32,000 bases of DNA, taken from contig MTSL01000159.1 of the NCBI GenBank assembly GCA_002794465.1, forward strand, positions 61,298 to 93,297. The letters are read 5' to 3'. The notes under the pieces were generated by a model. The model did not search any database. It was not told the origin of the DNA and was given only the letters and a program-made list of their open reading frames with translations. Shown here in pieces: positions 1-11,336 of this stretch. The first letter of the stretch is position 1. Each line of letters opens with the position of its first letter. Source of the DNA: Paramicrosporidium saccamoebae KSL3 (taxonomy: Eukaryota; Fungi; Cryptomycota). Position numbers and translations under genes: made by a program.

Positions 1-225
1 GGGACATGCAGCTTATTCTGTGCCAAATCCTCCCGTCGCTGCTGCATTTTTGCAGCATTTCGGGCTGATGCAGCTGTGAACGCCTACGCATGAGAAATCA
101 TCCAACCAGCGTACCTTTGGATTACGTTCGCGTGCACCGTCCTGGCTGGCACGCTCTTTGCGCTTATTCGCCTTTCCGCCGGCCTTGCCCTTCCGGTGCT
201 TTTTATGCTCTGATGTGTCGTCCAT
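1..225 (-). CDS. BMS1: Ribosome biogenesis GTPase Bms1, 5' part only; exons 115..225 and <1..83, intron 84..114 (31 nt)
   Basis: Spliced translation MDDTSEHKKHRKGKAGGKANKRKERASQDGARERNPK|AFTAASARNAAKMQQRREDLAQNKLHVP matches the Bms1 N-terminus (HKKHR...RNPKAF...KLHVP). Intron GTACGC...GCGTAG. Confidence 0.9.
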
Positions 226-251
226 TTGACTGCAAAGCCGGACTTGGATGA

Positions 252-258
252 CCAGGGT
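252..258 (+). promoter_or_regulatory. Candidate start-proximal motif CCAGGGT, 30 nt upstream of the ISWI ATG
   Basis: The same heptamer lies in sense orientation within 40 nt upstream of four ATGs in this window. Confidence 0.4.
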
Positions 259-288
259 AGGCTGTGATTATTATTGGCGGCTCCGTGG

Positions 289-3200
289 ATGACTCGATTC
301 AATAAGCAGACGGAGGAGGAGGACACACGGCCTATTGTTCTATTGTCAGGCGTTGACGAGGACAGTCTTTCCGATGAGTCTGATGGTCTTCCTGTGTATT
401 CCTTGGTAGGGTGTTGGATGGGCATGGTGACGTGTAGACGGAGGAGCAGGAGAAGCGGTACAGATATTTGCTAGGCGATTCAGAGCTGTTTGACCGTTTT
501 ATTGAAGCAAAGCGCACTGGAACCTCCCCCCTCGAGGTGCTCACCTCACACACTGCGCCTGGAAATTACGACGGTGAAGATGAGGTGCGTCGACATCGGA
601 AGACTGAGCGAGACGAAGATGCTGATCTCATTGAAGAGGCCACAGTGGGAGAACCGGTCACTCCCGTTTTCAGCGAGTCTCCCTCGTATATAGTGGGCGG
701 TACTATGCGTCCCTATCAAATCCAAGGGCTGAATTGGCTGATTTCTCTATACGAGCATTGTATCAATGGAATTCTTGCCGACGAGATGGGACTGGGTAAG
801 ACACTGCAGACTCTGTCTCTCCTTGGATACTTGAAGAATTTCCGTCACATTGATGGCCCCCACTTGCTGGTGGTTCCAAAATCCACACTTCAAAACTGGA
901 TGAATGAATCGCGCAGATGGGTACCCTCTCTCGATGCATTTGTATTCCACGGCGACAAGGAGACGCGTGCCCAGCTGATCCAGGATCGTCTCCGTCATGT
1001 TCAATTTGATGTCTGCATCACATCATATGAAATGTGTCTAAGCGAGCGGGCTGCCCTCCGTCGCATCAACTGGGAGTATCTTGTCATAGACGAGGCACAT
1101 CGCATCAAAAATGAAGCCAGCAAGTTGGCAGGGATTGTGAGAGAGTTCAAGTCTGCCAACCGACTTTTAATCACCGGCACCCCCCTGCAGAATAATCTGC
1201 ATGAACTGTGGGCCTTGCTCAACTTTTTACTGCCAGACATTTTCTCATCTTCTGACGATTTTGACGGATGGTTTGCCTCTCACAGTGGACGCGCTCAGGA
1301 GGAAATGGTGACCCATCTGCGCAGATTACTCCAGCCATTCCTTTTGCGGCGTCTAAAGGCGGATGTGGAACATTCATTGAAGCCTAAGAAGGAAGTCAAT
1401 TTGTACGTTGGGATGAGCGAAATGCAGCGTCTGTGGTATCGGACTATTCTCGAACGCGATCTGGCCGCCGTGAATGGTCTAACCGCTGGGAAGGATGGCA
1501 AGAATCGTCTTTTGAATATTGTGATGCAGTTGAGGAAATGCTGCAACCATCCATATCTCTTTGACGGAGCTGAGCCAGGTCCTCCCTACACAACCGACGA
1601 ACATTTAGTGTTCAATTCGGGAAAAATGCAAGTTTTGGATAGACTCCTCACAAGACTCAAGGCCAATGGCTCAAGAGTTTTGTTGTTTAGTCAAATGAGC
1701 AGAGTCTTGGACATTTTGGAGGACTATTGCGTTTTTCGTGGTTATAATTGCTGCCGTATCGATGGACAGACTGCCCACGAGGACCGTATCGAGGCCATTG
1801 AAGACTACAATCGACCCGGTAGCGACAAGTTTGTCTTTTTGCTGACCACAAGAGCAGGTGGATTGGGCATCAATCTGGCCACCGCCGACATTGTAATCAT
1901 TTTTGATAGCGACTGGAACCCTCAAGTAGATCTGCAAGCACAAGACCGCGCACATCGTATTGGCCAAACTAAACAAGTTTGTGTCTTTCGTCTCGTCACG
2001 GAACATTCAATTGAGGAGAAGATTATTGAAAAGGCTCTCCAGAAACTGCGTCTTGATCAACTCGTCATTCAGCAGGGGAAATTGACCAATGTCAACAAAC
2101 CGTTGTCGCAGGATGAAATGCTCTCAATGATCCGACATGGGGCCGAGCAGATATTTACCAAAAATGCCGATGAAGCAAAAGATGGCCAGAATGACCTTGA
2201 TATTGAAGAGTTGCTGAGGAAGGGCGAGGAGAAGACGAAGGAGATTCAGGGGAAATATCAAAACGTCGGCTATGATGATTTGCAGAAATTCACTATTGAG
2301 GCTCCAAGTGCTCTGCATATTGAAGGATCGCACGAGCCGATAGGAAATGGAGGCCAGATGGGGGGAATGCTCTTTCTCCAACCGGGAAAGCGAGAACGGA
2401 AGGGGAATTATCATGTTGACACGTATTACCGCGAAGCACTTCGTATCCACCCGCAAAAGGTCAAGGCATCAAAGCCACCAATGCCCAAGGACTATATATC
2501 AATCCATGACTTCCAGTTTTATCCTCCACGACTCCAAGAACTGATGGATCGTGACGTCCTGGCCTTCCAACGGGCGGCAGAGTATCGCATTCCTGAAGGC
2601 GTCGAGGAGACTGAGGAGGAGAGGGAAAAGAGAGAAGCTGATCAACGCGCCATTGATACTGCCATTGCGCTGAACGATGCCGAAATTGCCGAGAAGGAAA
2701 AACTTGCCCAACAGGGATTCCGTGATTGGCATCGTCGTGATTACGTGGCGTTTCTGAGGGGTGTGGAGAAGCATGGCAAGAATGCTCTTCGCCTCATCGA
2801 GATTGAGGGGAAGACGGCTGCAGACTTGGAAGCATACAGTCAAGTGTTTTGGAAGAACCTGGAGCGGCTTAGCGACTATGAAAAGATTGAAGCATATCTC
2901 GAGGCGTATGATGTTAAGAGGAAGCGGGATCAAGAGATCCAAACTATCCTCGACAATAAGCTGGCCCGTCACAAAAAGGCTCACACTCCCCTTCACATTA
3001 CCTACTTTGGTGGTAAGGGCAAACAGTTTACTGAAGAGGAAGATGCCTTTCTCATTGAACAACTTGCCAGCATTGGTATCGCCCACGAAGATGCTGCCAA
3101 CAAACTCCGAGAATCTATTCTCCATTCGCCGCGGTTCCGCTTCGACTGGTTTCTCAAGACGAGGACAGCGGGGGATCTGCAAAGACGATGTCACAAGTTG

Positions 3201-3323
3201 ATCTCGTTCATTGAAAGAGAGCAGAGGGAGATTGACGAGCGAGCCGAACCACCTAAGCCACGAAGCAGAGCGGTTTGGATCAAAGACGGCAATAAGCGCT
3301 CTGCCAAGAGGACGCGTAAGTGA
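289..3323 (+). CDS. ISW2: ISWI-family chromatin-remodelling ATPase; join(289..405,438..3323), intron 406..437 (32 nt)
   Basis: SNF2 motifs (LADEMGLGKT, DEAH, QAQDRAHRIGQ) followed by HAND-SANT-SLIDE (FRDWHRRDYVAF, GKQFTEEEDAFL). A GTAGGG...TGTAG intron joins ATG 289 in frame. ISW1 versus ISW2 orthology cannot be resolved by eye. Confidence 0.93.
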
Positions 3324-3355
3324 TCATGGCCTATGAAATTAAATATTCCATATTT

Positions 3356-3467
3356 GTTGAGTAATGTGGGATCTGTTGAGTAATGTGTGAGGCCCGTTGA
3401 GTAATATGTGAGGTCCGTTGAGTAATGTTTAAAGTCTGTTGAATAATGTGTGAGATTTGTTGAGAAT
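3356..3467. repeat. Degenerate ~21-nt tandem repeat (GTTGAGTAATGTGTGAGGTCY-like), about 5.5 copies
   Basis: GTTGA(G/A)TAAT recurs at 19-21 nt spacing immediately 3' of the ISWI stop. Confidence 0.85.
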
Positions 3468-3597
3468 TTAAAAGATTCAAGTGCACGAGTATAATATATT
3501 AGACTAAAATTGAGGGCCGGACGAGTTTCCTTCCCGTATGTGTTAGTCCCCTTACTACACGACACATTTATTACTATTATTCGGGCCAGGGCTGGAA

Positions 3598-4084
3598 ATG
3601 TCAACTCCTAGTAGACGGCGCTTAATGCGTGACTTTAAAAGGTAATTTTGGCGTCTATAATTGACCCAGTAGGATCCAGCAGGACCCACCGGAGGGTGTT
3701 ACGGGTGCGCCCCACCCAGACAACATTATGCTTTGGAACGCCGTCATCTTTGGACCGGCCGACACACCCTTTGAAGACGGCGTCTTTAAACTCACTCTTA
3801 CCTTTTCAGAAGAATATCCCAATAAGCCGCCCGCCGTCCGCTTTGTCTCAAAAATGTATCATCCGAACGTCTATGGCGACGGGGGACTCTGTCTCGACAT
3901 TTTGCAAAATCGATGGTCGCCCACGTATGATGTGGCAGCCATTTTGACGAGTGTACAAAGTCTACTGCACGATCCGAACCCCAACTCGCCCGCCAACGCA
4001 CAGGCTGCGCAATTGTATAACGAGGATAGGAAGGAGTACACAAGGCGGGTGAGGGAGACTGTAGAACAATCATGGATCGATTAA
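3598..4084 (+). CDS. RAD6: Ubiquitin-conjugating enzyme Rad6/Ubc2, 151 aa; join(3598..3641,3673..4084), intron 3642..3672 (31 nt)
   Basis: [15 protein letters not shown]|[13 protein letters not shown]...[25 protein letters not shown] with the active-site Cys. No acidic C-terminal tail. Confidence 0.96.
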
Positions 4085-4139
4085 AGCACTATTTAAGTTG
4101 ATGGCAGCGCCAGTAGATGGCCAATTCACAGGATAAATA

Positions 4140-4340
4140 ATGTGACGTAGAGGATTCATTAGTTGGGCGTTTGAAGATAATTGCTAGTTTGGAGAGGATA
4201 TATTTGTGATAAAGTGGATCGATTAGCCGAGTATTTGAGGACAGTGAGACGTTTATCCATACTATTATAGGATTAGCAGTGAACAAACCCCCCTTTCCGC
4301 CTGACAGTCCATACTATTATTTATCCCCACTACGCGACAT
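4140..4340 (+). repeat. Dispersed non-coding repeat, copy A (sister copy at 15731..15892)
   Basis: Core 4231..4303 aligns with 15796..15867 with about 10 differences in 73 nt. The copies share the 5' end ATGTGACGTAGAGG and the 3' end CCACTA(C/T)GCGACAT. Confidence 0.8.
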
Positions 4341-4425
4341 AGGGACCAAAGATAGAGGGTCTCTACTACTACGAACAGATCAAAATCGCCAATAAAGGAT
4401 CGTTTTTACAAACCATTAGTTACGT

Positions 4426-5114
4426 TTACTGTGACATTTTGGCAAAAAAGTCGTGGGCTTTCTTTGGATTGATTGCGGCATCGGTGGGCTTCCAATTCGC
4501 AGGACATACTTCTCCATGTTTATCGACGTGTTGGACGGCTTGGACCACACGCAGCACCTCGTCCACGCTCCTTCCAATTCCCGTATCATTGATTGTGGCA
4601 TGTCTCACTATCCCCTCTTTGTCAATAATGAACAGACCGCGGAGGGAGAAGCCTGCATTCTCCACCAGTACTCCATAGTCACGACTCACCGTCTTGGTCA
4701 GGTCAGCGAGGAGCGGAAGTTGGAGCGACCCTAATCCGCCCTTGGTACGAGGGACCTGCGTCCATGCAAGATGACTAAACTCGCTATCCACCGATGCGCC
4801 CACCACTTCGCAGCCAAGACGTCGGAAATCGTCCAGCTTGTCATTAAACGCGACAATTTCGGTTGGACACACAAAAGTACTATATGATCAGTCCACACGG
4901 AGGATGCACAAGTCGAGGGGGTAGAAGAAGAGAACCCAATATTTGCCAGCAAAATCTTGGCTCTTAATTTGTTTAAATTCGCCATTTACAAGAGCTTTGG
5001 CCGTAAAGGCAGGCGCAGGCTTCCTGACTACACATCATCATGGCCATCCACCACCTTACCAAGGGAATGCACTGCACGACCATGCACACTAGTGAGGAGC
5101 CGTTTGAGGAACAT
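4426..5114 (-). CDS. Typical 2-Cys peroxiredoxin with probable mitochondrial presequence, 208 aa; exons 5060..5114, 4910..5027, 4426..4879; introns 5028..5059 (32 nt) and 4880..4909 (30 nt)
   Basis: Spliced: [18 protein letters not shown]|[19 protein letters not shown]...[13 protein letters not shown]|TFVCPTE...GGLG...HGEVCPANW. Both catalytic Cys motifs are present (AhpC/Tsa1/PRDX1-4 family). Confidence 0.92.
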
Positions 5115-5142
5115 GTTGCTGCAATCTGCGGAGAATGCCCGG

Positions 5143-5149
5143 CCAGGGT
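5143..5149 (+). promoter_or_regulatory. Candidate start-proximal motif CCAGGGT, 39 nt upstream of the RIM2 ATG
   Basis: Recurrent heptamer; see the motif finding. Confidence 0.4.
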
Positions 5150-5188
5150 GGATAGGCTTCCCGATTTGGAAGGAGCCTCCTCTTAATC

Positions 5189-6192
5189 ATGGACAGTAAG
5201 CAGCAAAAAGGAACTCCCTTCTGGGTCAACTTTGTGGCGGGAGGGTACGCATTGATCGATGGTTTGGTAATTGGTGTAGAGTCAGTGGCACTGTCGGTGC
5301 TGTGATAACGAATCCCTTGGAGGTGGTCAAGACGCGCCTGCAGTCGTCCATGTACCAAGTAGTCACTGATGGCACGACGCTCTCCTTCCGTGCTTCGCCC
5401 ATGCGTGCCGCCTGGATGCATGTCGTGGGCACTTTAGGATCCCTAAAAGGCATCTACAACAATGAAGGCATCACTGCCCTCTGGCGTGGAATGGGTCCCA
5501 CCATTGTCGGTGTTATGCCCTCTCGTGCAATCTACTTTGGCACCTATTCCAAAACAAAGCAATTTCTAACGGGACTTTCGGGGGAGGAGACGTCGTGGGT
5601 GCATTTGGGATCCGCGCTGGCCGCGGGGATTGTCACCTCCACTGCTACCAATCCCATTTGGCTCGTGAAGACGCGCATGCAGCTGCAGTCGGACCAGAAT
5701 AGTCGACTGTATCGGAATTCGTTCCATTGTTTGCAAGTCGTTTCGAGGACGGAGGGACTTCGGGGTCTCTACAAGGGACTGACTGCCTCCTATTTGGGGA
5801 CTCTGGAGGGCACTGTTCAATGGGTTTTGTATGAGAAGCTGAAACGCGCCGTCGCTACGCATCGACATCGACAGGCCGGCACTGAATACCATCCATCAAC
5901 CACCACATCCACTCTGACTTGGATCGACTTTTTCGTGACCGCCGCATCAGCAAAATTAGTGGCCGCCGTCATTGCCTACCCACACGAGGTGCTCCGTACC
6001 CGTCTTAGAGAGGACAATAACAAGTATCGTGGATTAGTCCAATGTGCAGCCCGCATCTTTAGAGAAGAAGGTGTCACAGCCTATTATGGGGGAATGACTG
6101 CCCATCTGATGCGTGTTGTCCCCAACAGTGCCATCATGTTCTTTTGCTATGAGTTTCTTATTCATACCTATGCAAACATGTCACTAGATTAG
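5189..6192 (+). CDS. RIM2: Mitochondrial carrier, pyrimidine-nucleotide transporter (Rim2/SLC25A33/36 type); join(5189..5244,5280..6192), intron 5245..5279 (35 nt)
   Basis: Three carrier signatures (PLEVVKTR, PIWLVKTR, PHEVLRTR) plus the Rim2-type PSRAIYFGTY and SAKLVAAVIAYPHEV. Confidence 0.85.
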
Positions 6193-6383
6193 TAATCTCT
6201 TGGATTGATAGAATTAGAAGTTGTATACAATGTCTGTAGACTGATAGAGATAGGTGGGTTGATGAGTTGGTGGGTTGGTGAGTGAGTATATTTACGAATC
6301 AGAAATCCCAACAAAGCGCCTTTACCACCAATCTCACACAGGTCATATCACATCTTGGCAGGCTATAATAATTAATTCATTTT

Positions 6384-8441
6384 ATGCTGTCTCTTCAAGA
6401 GTTTACTTTGAAACGCAAGCAGGAGCAGGTTCAGGGACAAGATGCACGTCGCAAGATAGAGTCGCAAATGGACAGGCTTATTGATGAGCAGGTAGAGTAC
6501 TTGGGAACTATGGAGAGGCAAGTGGAGAAATTTGAGGTGGCAAACAGTGTCATGGAAGGTCAATCCAAGGTGCATTCGACGGTTCAAGAGGCAGAGCGGC
6601 TCTCGGCTGAAATTTCTCAATTGCAACGTACTGAAAGGTATTTGGAGACTGCCGTGACAATTGAAACAATTCGGTATTGGAAGAATATTACTAATATATA
6701 GTGTCGATATTGTGGGCGATATCGAGAAGGGTAAATTTGACCAGGCGATTAATAACTTTACCAAGCTAAAGTCTATTGAAATCGATTCCAGTTTCAAAGG
6801 ATTGCTTGAGCATTTAGGCTCAGTACAAGACTGGATCGTTGCCGCAATCGAGGCTGCATTGAAAGAGTAACACATGCCAGTCACCCAGTTCTCACTAGTA
6901 GGGGATTTTTGGCCCAGCTGGAGGCAGTCGGTTGGCCAAAGCCGATTGACGCAAGCGGCTGGCAGAGCGAGGGGATGGACAAAGTACTGGAATTTTTTGA
7001 CAATTTCATCATTTTTTCATCAAAATGCGGGGATTCTAATGTATGCAGGAGGGCGGTCGCCGCAATGATCGAGCCGATTCAAATTCGGTTCCAATTCCAT
7101 TTTGCCACCAACCAGCCAACAAACAGGCTGGATAAACCCGAGTGGTATCTGGGTCATCTTTTGCAAACAATCAATTCACATATTCCGTTCATTGAGAATT
7201 GTCTGGAGATGGATGTTGTAGAGGAAGGACCATCAGTTTTGGAAACGTTTGTTTTAAGGATTGCAAATATAGTGAAGGAACACATTGTCGCTCGAGAGCA
7301 GCGGATTCTGCAAGATTCGTTCATCTTCATGCACACTGTATCAGAATTGCTCGCCTTTATATCGTCTGTAAAGGAAAGCACAGGGGTAGATTGTAGCCGA
7401 ATTGTTACCTCGTTTCTTGGACCGCATCTTCCAGAATGGATATCCGCAGAGAAGGAAGCTGGAAACTCGTCGTACGCGGAATTGTGTGATGAGTCTCTCC
7501 CTTGGATCGAAGAAGATTTAGATTCGGTGGCTGGAGTCGTGTCAGGATTCATTGAACTGATTGATGACTTGATCAAGACGCTGTACAATATCCCCCTAAT
7601 GCATGCCAAAATTGAATTCTTGAATCAGGTTATTATTCCACTGTTCAATTCGTTTTATGAAAAGGTCGAATTTGAACTGCCTGCATTTCACGGCACCCCG
7701 CAGGACATTCGCATTATGACTATTCAGGGGAATTCCATATTAAAGCTCATTGAAACTTGCGAATTTTCTTGGGGATCTTCCTTAGAGTCCATGTCACTGG
7801 CAAGCAGTCCGGAATTCCTCGATGCGTTTGGGTATTCGGCGGTAGAGATGCGTGGGACCGTTTTTAACAAGGTATTGGTGGCTTTCCAAGAGTTGACGAC
7901 CCGGATCGAAGACAATCTCTATTCCGTTTTGTGGGAGTCATTCCACTCTTCTGCTGTATCATTTGTACGCGCAATGCACTATGGCGTAGTGAGGGATGGC
8001 CCCGCTACGACTCTGACCATGCACGATGATCTACGAAAGGCGCTTGTGAGGGTCTCAGAGGTTTTTACAACATTGCGAGCCTCTGCGATGATGGAATCGA
8101 TCGAACCCAGGATTCTGTCCTCTCTTGCAACATTTCTGTACGATCGACTGATATTGCAAAACTATTTCCGTCAAGAATACATTAGCCAATTCAATGACGA
8201 CCTGACCATGATCCAGTCCACATTTGCTCGTCTCATGCCCAATCAGCCCATTAATCTTGCTCTCCAACGGGTGTATGAGGCGCAAAGAATTCTGTCCATG
8301 CAACCCCAAGCTCGTCAACATCTCGCCCAAGTAATCAAAGAAGATGATTTGGACGAAATCACCAACATTTTTAATTCCTTAAAGTTGTCAATTCTGTCGC
8401 TGGGAGAGTGTGAAAGGATCATAGGTTTGGTGCGTGATTGA
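6384..8441 (+). CDS. TIP20: RINT1/Tip20 family subunit of the Dsl1/NRZ tether, ~664 aa; join(6384..6673,6702..6866,6902..8441), introns of 28 and 35 nt
   Basis: Family motif RFQFHFATNQPTNRLDKPEWYL and an N-terminal coiled coil. Intron 1 has a TACTAAT branch site. Splicing links three ORF-track fragments in frame. Confidence 0.85.
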
Positions 8442-8721
8442 CCTTGTCAACGCAGTAAGAGTAGTTGTGATGATAGCGCTGCGTGGTGAAAATATGACCA
8501 CAATGCCAATATAAATGGATGACAGAGAACTGTTTCTTACCAACTGGTGTGTCAATATATTCAAAAGTTGGGGTGCCAATCGTTTCGCTACCCACCTCTG
8601 ACTCCTTTTCACATTTGGTCACATTTGACCACAACCAATAATACCCCAGCTAGTCATTCCACTACTTTACATTATTCGAAAACATAACTGGCTGACATCT
8701 AACTTGCTTTATTTGCAGCAC

Positions 8722-9315
8722 TCATTTGATGGTATTTTTAATGACCAAAGTAATCTCGTCAAGGACCCGTCGCTTTATCAGCGGATGCAGGTAGGGATTC
8801 TTTCCCAGCAACATCACGGGCTTTTCCAAGGCTGACTGCTGTGCCTCGCTCAGCTTGTTCCATTTGGGGCCCACCAACTTTTTGGCATTCTCCCATCTGG
8901 TTGTATCTCCACTGCGCAGTTCTTTGAGCAAAAGATCACATTCCACCTTGAGCCAGCGCTCACTCTCCACGCCAATGTCGGAGGGCGGAGCGTATTGAGG
9001 GTATTTTGCAGCGGCACGACGCGTAGTGGCCAATGTATAGTGAAGCAAGCGTGCAGCCTGTTCATACTGTGCCTCCACCACCGGATCCCGATATTCATCC
9101 CAATCCGTGCGTACAATATGTCTCTCAAACTCATTGGACAGGGAAGCCTCCAATTGGTGTCGCAATGTCGGAGGTACATAGTTTTTCATGAGTGTGGCAG
9201 TATCGTGGTCCATTGAGCCCATGACAACCGGCTCAAACAGCTCCTCCAGCAACGGCATGCGCTTGGCCCGCAGCACAGCCGTGCCAATGCTCCGACACCA
9301 TGGTTTAACAAGCAT
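8722..9315 (-). CDS. Hypothetical 197-aa protein, possibly mitochondrial, with degenerate HMG-box-like segments
   Basis: Intact ORF followed by AATAAA on the minus strand (~8708-8713). The N-terminus is Arg-rich and free of acidic residues, and KKLVGPKWNKLSEAQQ resembles HMG helix 2-3. The function is speculative. Confidence 0.65.
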   Translation of the reverse strand: MLVKPWCRSIGTAVLRAKRMPLLEELFEPVVMGSMDHDTATLMKNYVPPTLRHQLEASLSNEFERHIVRTDWDEYRDPVVEAQYEQAARLLHYTLATTRRAAAKYPQYAPPSDIGVESERWLKVECDLLLKELRSGDTTRWENAKKLVGPKWNKLSEAQQSALEKPVMLLGKNPYLHPLIKRRVLDEITLVIKNTIK

Positions 9316-9336
9316 AAATAATTTCTTTTCAGTGCT

Positions 9337-9949
9337 ATGGTGACTATGCTGTTGGCGTTTTTCGGACTAACGGTGGTTGTGCAGGCACAGTTGCTGGTCT
9401 CAAAGGAGTATGGCAAGCTGCACATGGTGACGGGTGAGCCACGCGCCATAGTCTATCATTTTTACAACCTGGGCAAAAGGTATCACGGGGTTGCGACTGA
9501 CTGGCCTAGTGAGCTGGTGAACATCAATTTGGATGATTCAACGTTTAAGAATGGAAACTTTACCGTGCAAAGCGGCACACTTCCTGTATCCATATCTGAA
9601 ATCAAACCGTATCAACGCAGCATTATTAATGGTTAGTAATGAACGACACTTGCACGAACTCGTGGTGGTGCCGACAACGGCTGGTCGTTTTGTAGACACA
9701 CCGGCCTCGGTGAAATACCAACGTCCCAAAAATGAAACGAGCGAGGAACTGGAAGATGCCACCGTCATGTCAACGGCAAAGGGTCTGATGACCATTATGT
9801 CGATGGAAGAGTACAATGTGCATGTAAAGTCACACCGGAAAGAATGGCTTATTTTTACTGCACTTGCGTTTTTACTAGTGACTTTGCCATATTGTCAGTA
9901 TCAAATATCTATTAAGGATCTCCGAGCGTTTACCAGCAAAGCAAAATAA
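9337..9949 (+). CDS. SSR2: Translocon-associated protein beta (TRAP-beta), 184 aa; join(9337..9479,9510..9608,9637..9949), introns of 30 and 28 nt
   Basis: Signal peptide, then QLLVSK...YHFYNLGK, LDDSTF..GNFTVQSG, HELVVVPTTAGRF and a C-terminal TM helix (KEWLIFTALAFLLVTLPY). This is collinear with SSR2 and of similar length. Confidence 0.85.
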
Positions 9950-9985
9950 AGTGTCAGAGTTTCAGAATGTTAAATTTACAAGAAT

Positions 9986-10162
9986 GAATAGCATGGAATC
10001 TGTAGTATCGAATATTATGGGATCTGTAATATAGAATAGTATGGGATCCGCAATATCGGATAGCATGAATTTCATAACATTGGATAACACGCATTACACA
10101 ATCACATGACTACACGATTATACAATCACACAATCGCATAATCACACAGCTACACGGTTACA
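9986..10162. repeat. Two adjacent degenerate arrays in a convergent spacer: 24-nt unit x4 (9986..10081) and an ATTACACAATCAC...CTACACG array (10093..10162)
   Basis: Units GAATAGCATGGAATCTGTAGTATC, GAATATTATGGGATCTGTAATATA, GAATAGTATGGGATCCGCAATATC and GGATAGCATGAATTTCATAACATT occur at an exact 24-nt period. Confidence 0.75.
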
Positions 10163-10203
10163 TGGTACCAAGTGTATTTAATCAAAACGGTCCAATGCTA
10201 TCA

Positions 10204-11118
10204 CTAATCGTCGCAATCCACATTCTCCTCCTTCTCTTCGTGCTCATGGTTATCGCTGGTAACGGCACCGATTCCGTGATACACCTTCTTTTGGTAATGA
10301 ACACACTTCTCGGAATCGGGCAGCTTTTCAATGACCATGGAAATGGTGGGATTGGCAAGACCAAAAAAGTCGGGTCCAGAGGCCGAGTTTCCGTACTCGC
10401 GACCACGCACAGCATTGCATTGCTTGACAATGGCTGTCCATGCGCCGGTGGGAGTGGGAGACTGATAGTGCTGGTCGGGATTGTCGTCAGCCGAGACGTC
10501 AAAAACGGGACCAGCGCCACCGTCAACAATGCGACTGTGGTAGACGGTTTGGGCTTCGGCGTCAATGGCGCTCATATAAGGCCGCGAAGAGTGATATCCA
10601 ATGGGCCAAATGTATCGCTTATTATGGAAGGCGGGCCGATCATGCACAATCTGTCCCGCCTCATGCAGTGTCACTACGCCGATCGTAACGGGCAAAATGA
10701 CATGGCCCTCCTCATCTGTCGCCACGGGAACGACCTTTCGTGGCGTAAGGGCTGCCGCCTCAGCCGTCTTGACGATGCGCTTCTTCTTGGCGGCTGATTC
10801 GACGTCAACGTCGTCTTTGAGGGTCCATGCCGTCGTCCGTCCCATAGGCTTTTTTGTCGGTAATGGCGCCTCTTCCTCATCCGAACTGCCCGAAGTAAAC
10901 TCCAATGTCACTACTTCTCGCTCATACATACGGTCCATCAGCAAATTCCGTTCGTGACGTAACCGGCCAAGCCGTCGGGCAGCATTCTCAACCTCGTGAG
11001 TCAGCTCAGTATTGAGTTTCTGTGCCTTTTGCAGACGTCGCACCAGCTGCTGCTGTTCAGCCTCGGCCACTAACACGGAGGCAAACTGGTTGAGCGTGTC
11101 CATGTTCACCGCCTCCAT
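10204..11118 (-). CDS. TBRG1/NIAM-like protein (N-terminal INO80E-like coiled coil plus FYRN and FYRC domains), 304 aa
   Basis: RLRHERNLLMDRM coiled coil; FYRN (LPVTIGVVTLHEAG...YIWPIGYHSSRPY); FYRC (SPTPTGAW...SGPDFFGLANPTISMVIEKLPDSEKCVHY). Confidence 0.82.
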   Translation of the reverse strand: MEAVNMDTLNQFASVLVAEAEQQQLVRRLQKAQKLNTELTHEVENAARRLGRLRHERNLLMDRMYEREVVTLEFTSGSSDEEEAPLPTKKPMGRTTAWTLKDDVDVESAAKKKRIVKTAEAAALTPRKVVPVATDEEGHVILPVTIGVVTLHEAGQIVHDRPAFHNKRYIWPIGYHSSRPYMSAIDAEAQTVYHSRIVDGGAGPVFDVSADDNPDQHYQSPTPTGAWTAIVKQCNAVRGREYGNSASGPDFFGLANPTISMVIEKLPDSEKCVHYQKKVYHGIGAVTSDNHEHEEKEENVDCDD

Positions 11119-11336
11119 TTCTATTGGGCCATGCCGTCCACCGTAGGGCGGGTTAGTGTGAGGGAGAGAAGTTTAGTTGGGTCAATTGGGCTAGTCGAGT
11201 CGGTCTGGTTAGTCAGGTGGATCTGTTCACATTCTCTTATAAATCCTAAAGTCTATATGTATGCCATGTTCATCTTATTATTGGGGCGAGTGAACACGAA
11301 CTAGGCCAATAGTAACGTCCGCGGTATCATGGGCCC

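Noticed and set aside
2499-3194. Long antisense ORFs (also 10162..10797, 16584..17111, 17418..17978, 18711..19355)
   Set aside because: They overlap well-supported genes, lack motifs, and are explained as shadows of codon bias or repeats on the other strand or frame.
6318-6325. U5 loop-I-like GCCTTTAC
   Set aside because: It has three Ts instead of the invariant four and lacks a flanking stem and Sm site.
8467-8601. Possible box C/D snoRNA (GTGATGA ... CTGA)
   Set aside because: There is no convincing terminal stem and I could not match a guide to rRNA. An Infernal/snoscan search would be needed.
11147-11225. Telomere-like GGGTTAG words
   Set aside because: They are isolated and not tandem, and are consistent with the C-rich sense-strand leader of the adjacent minus-strand gene.
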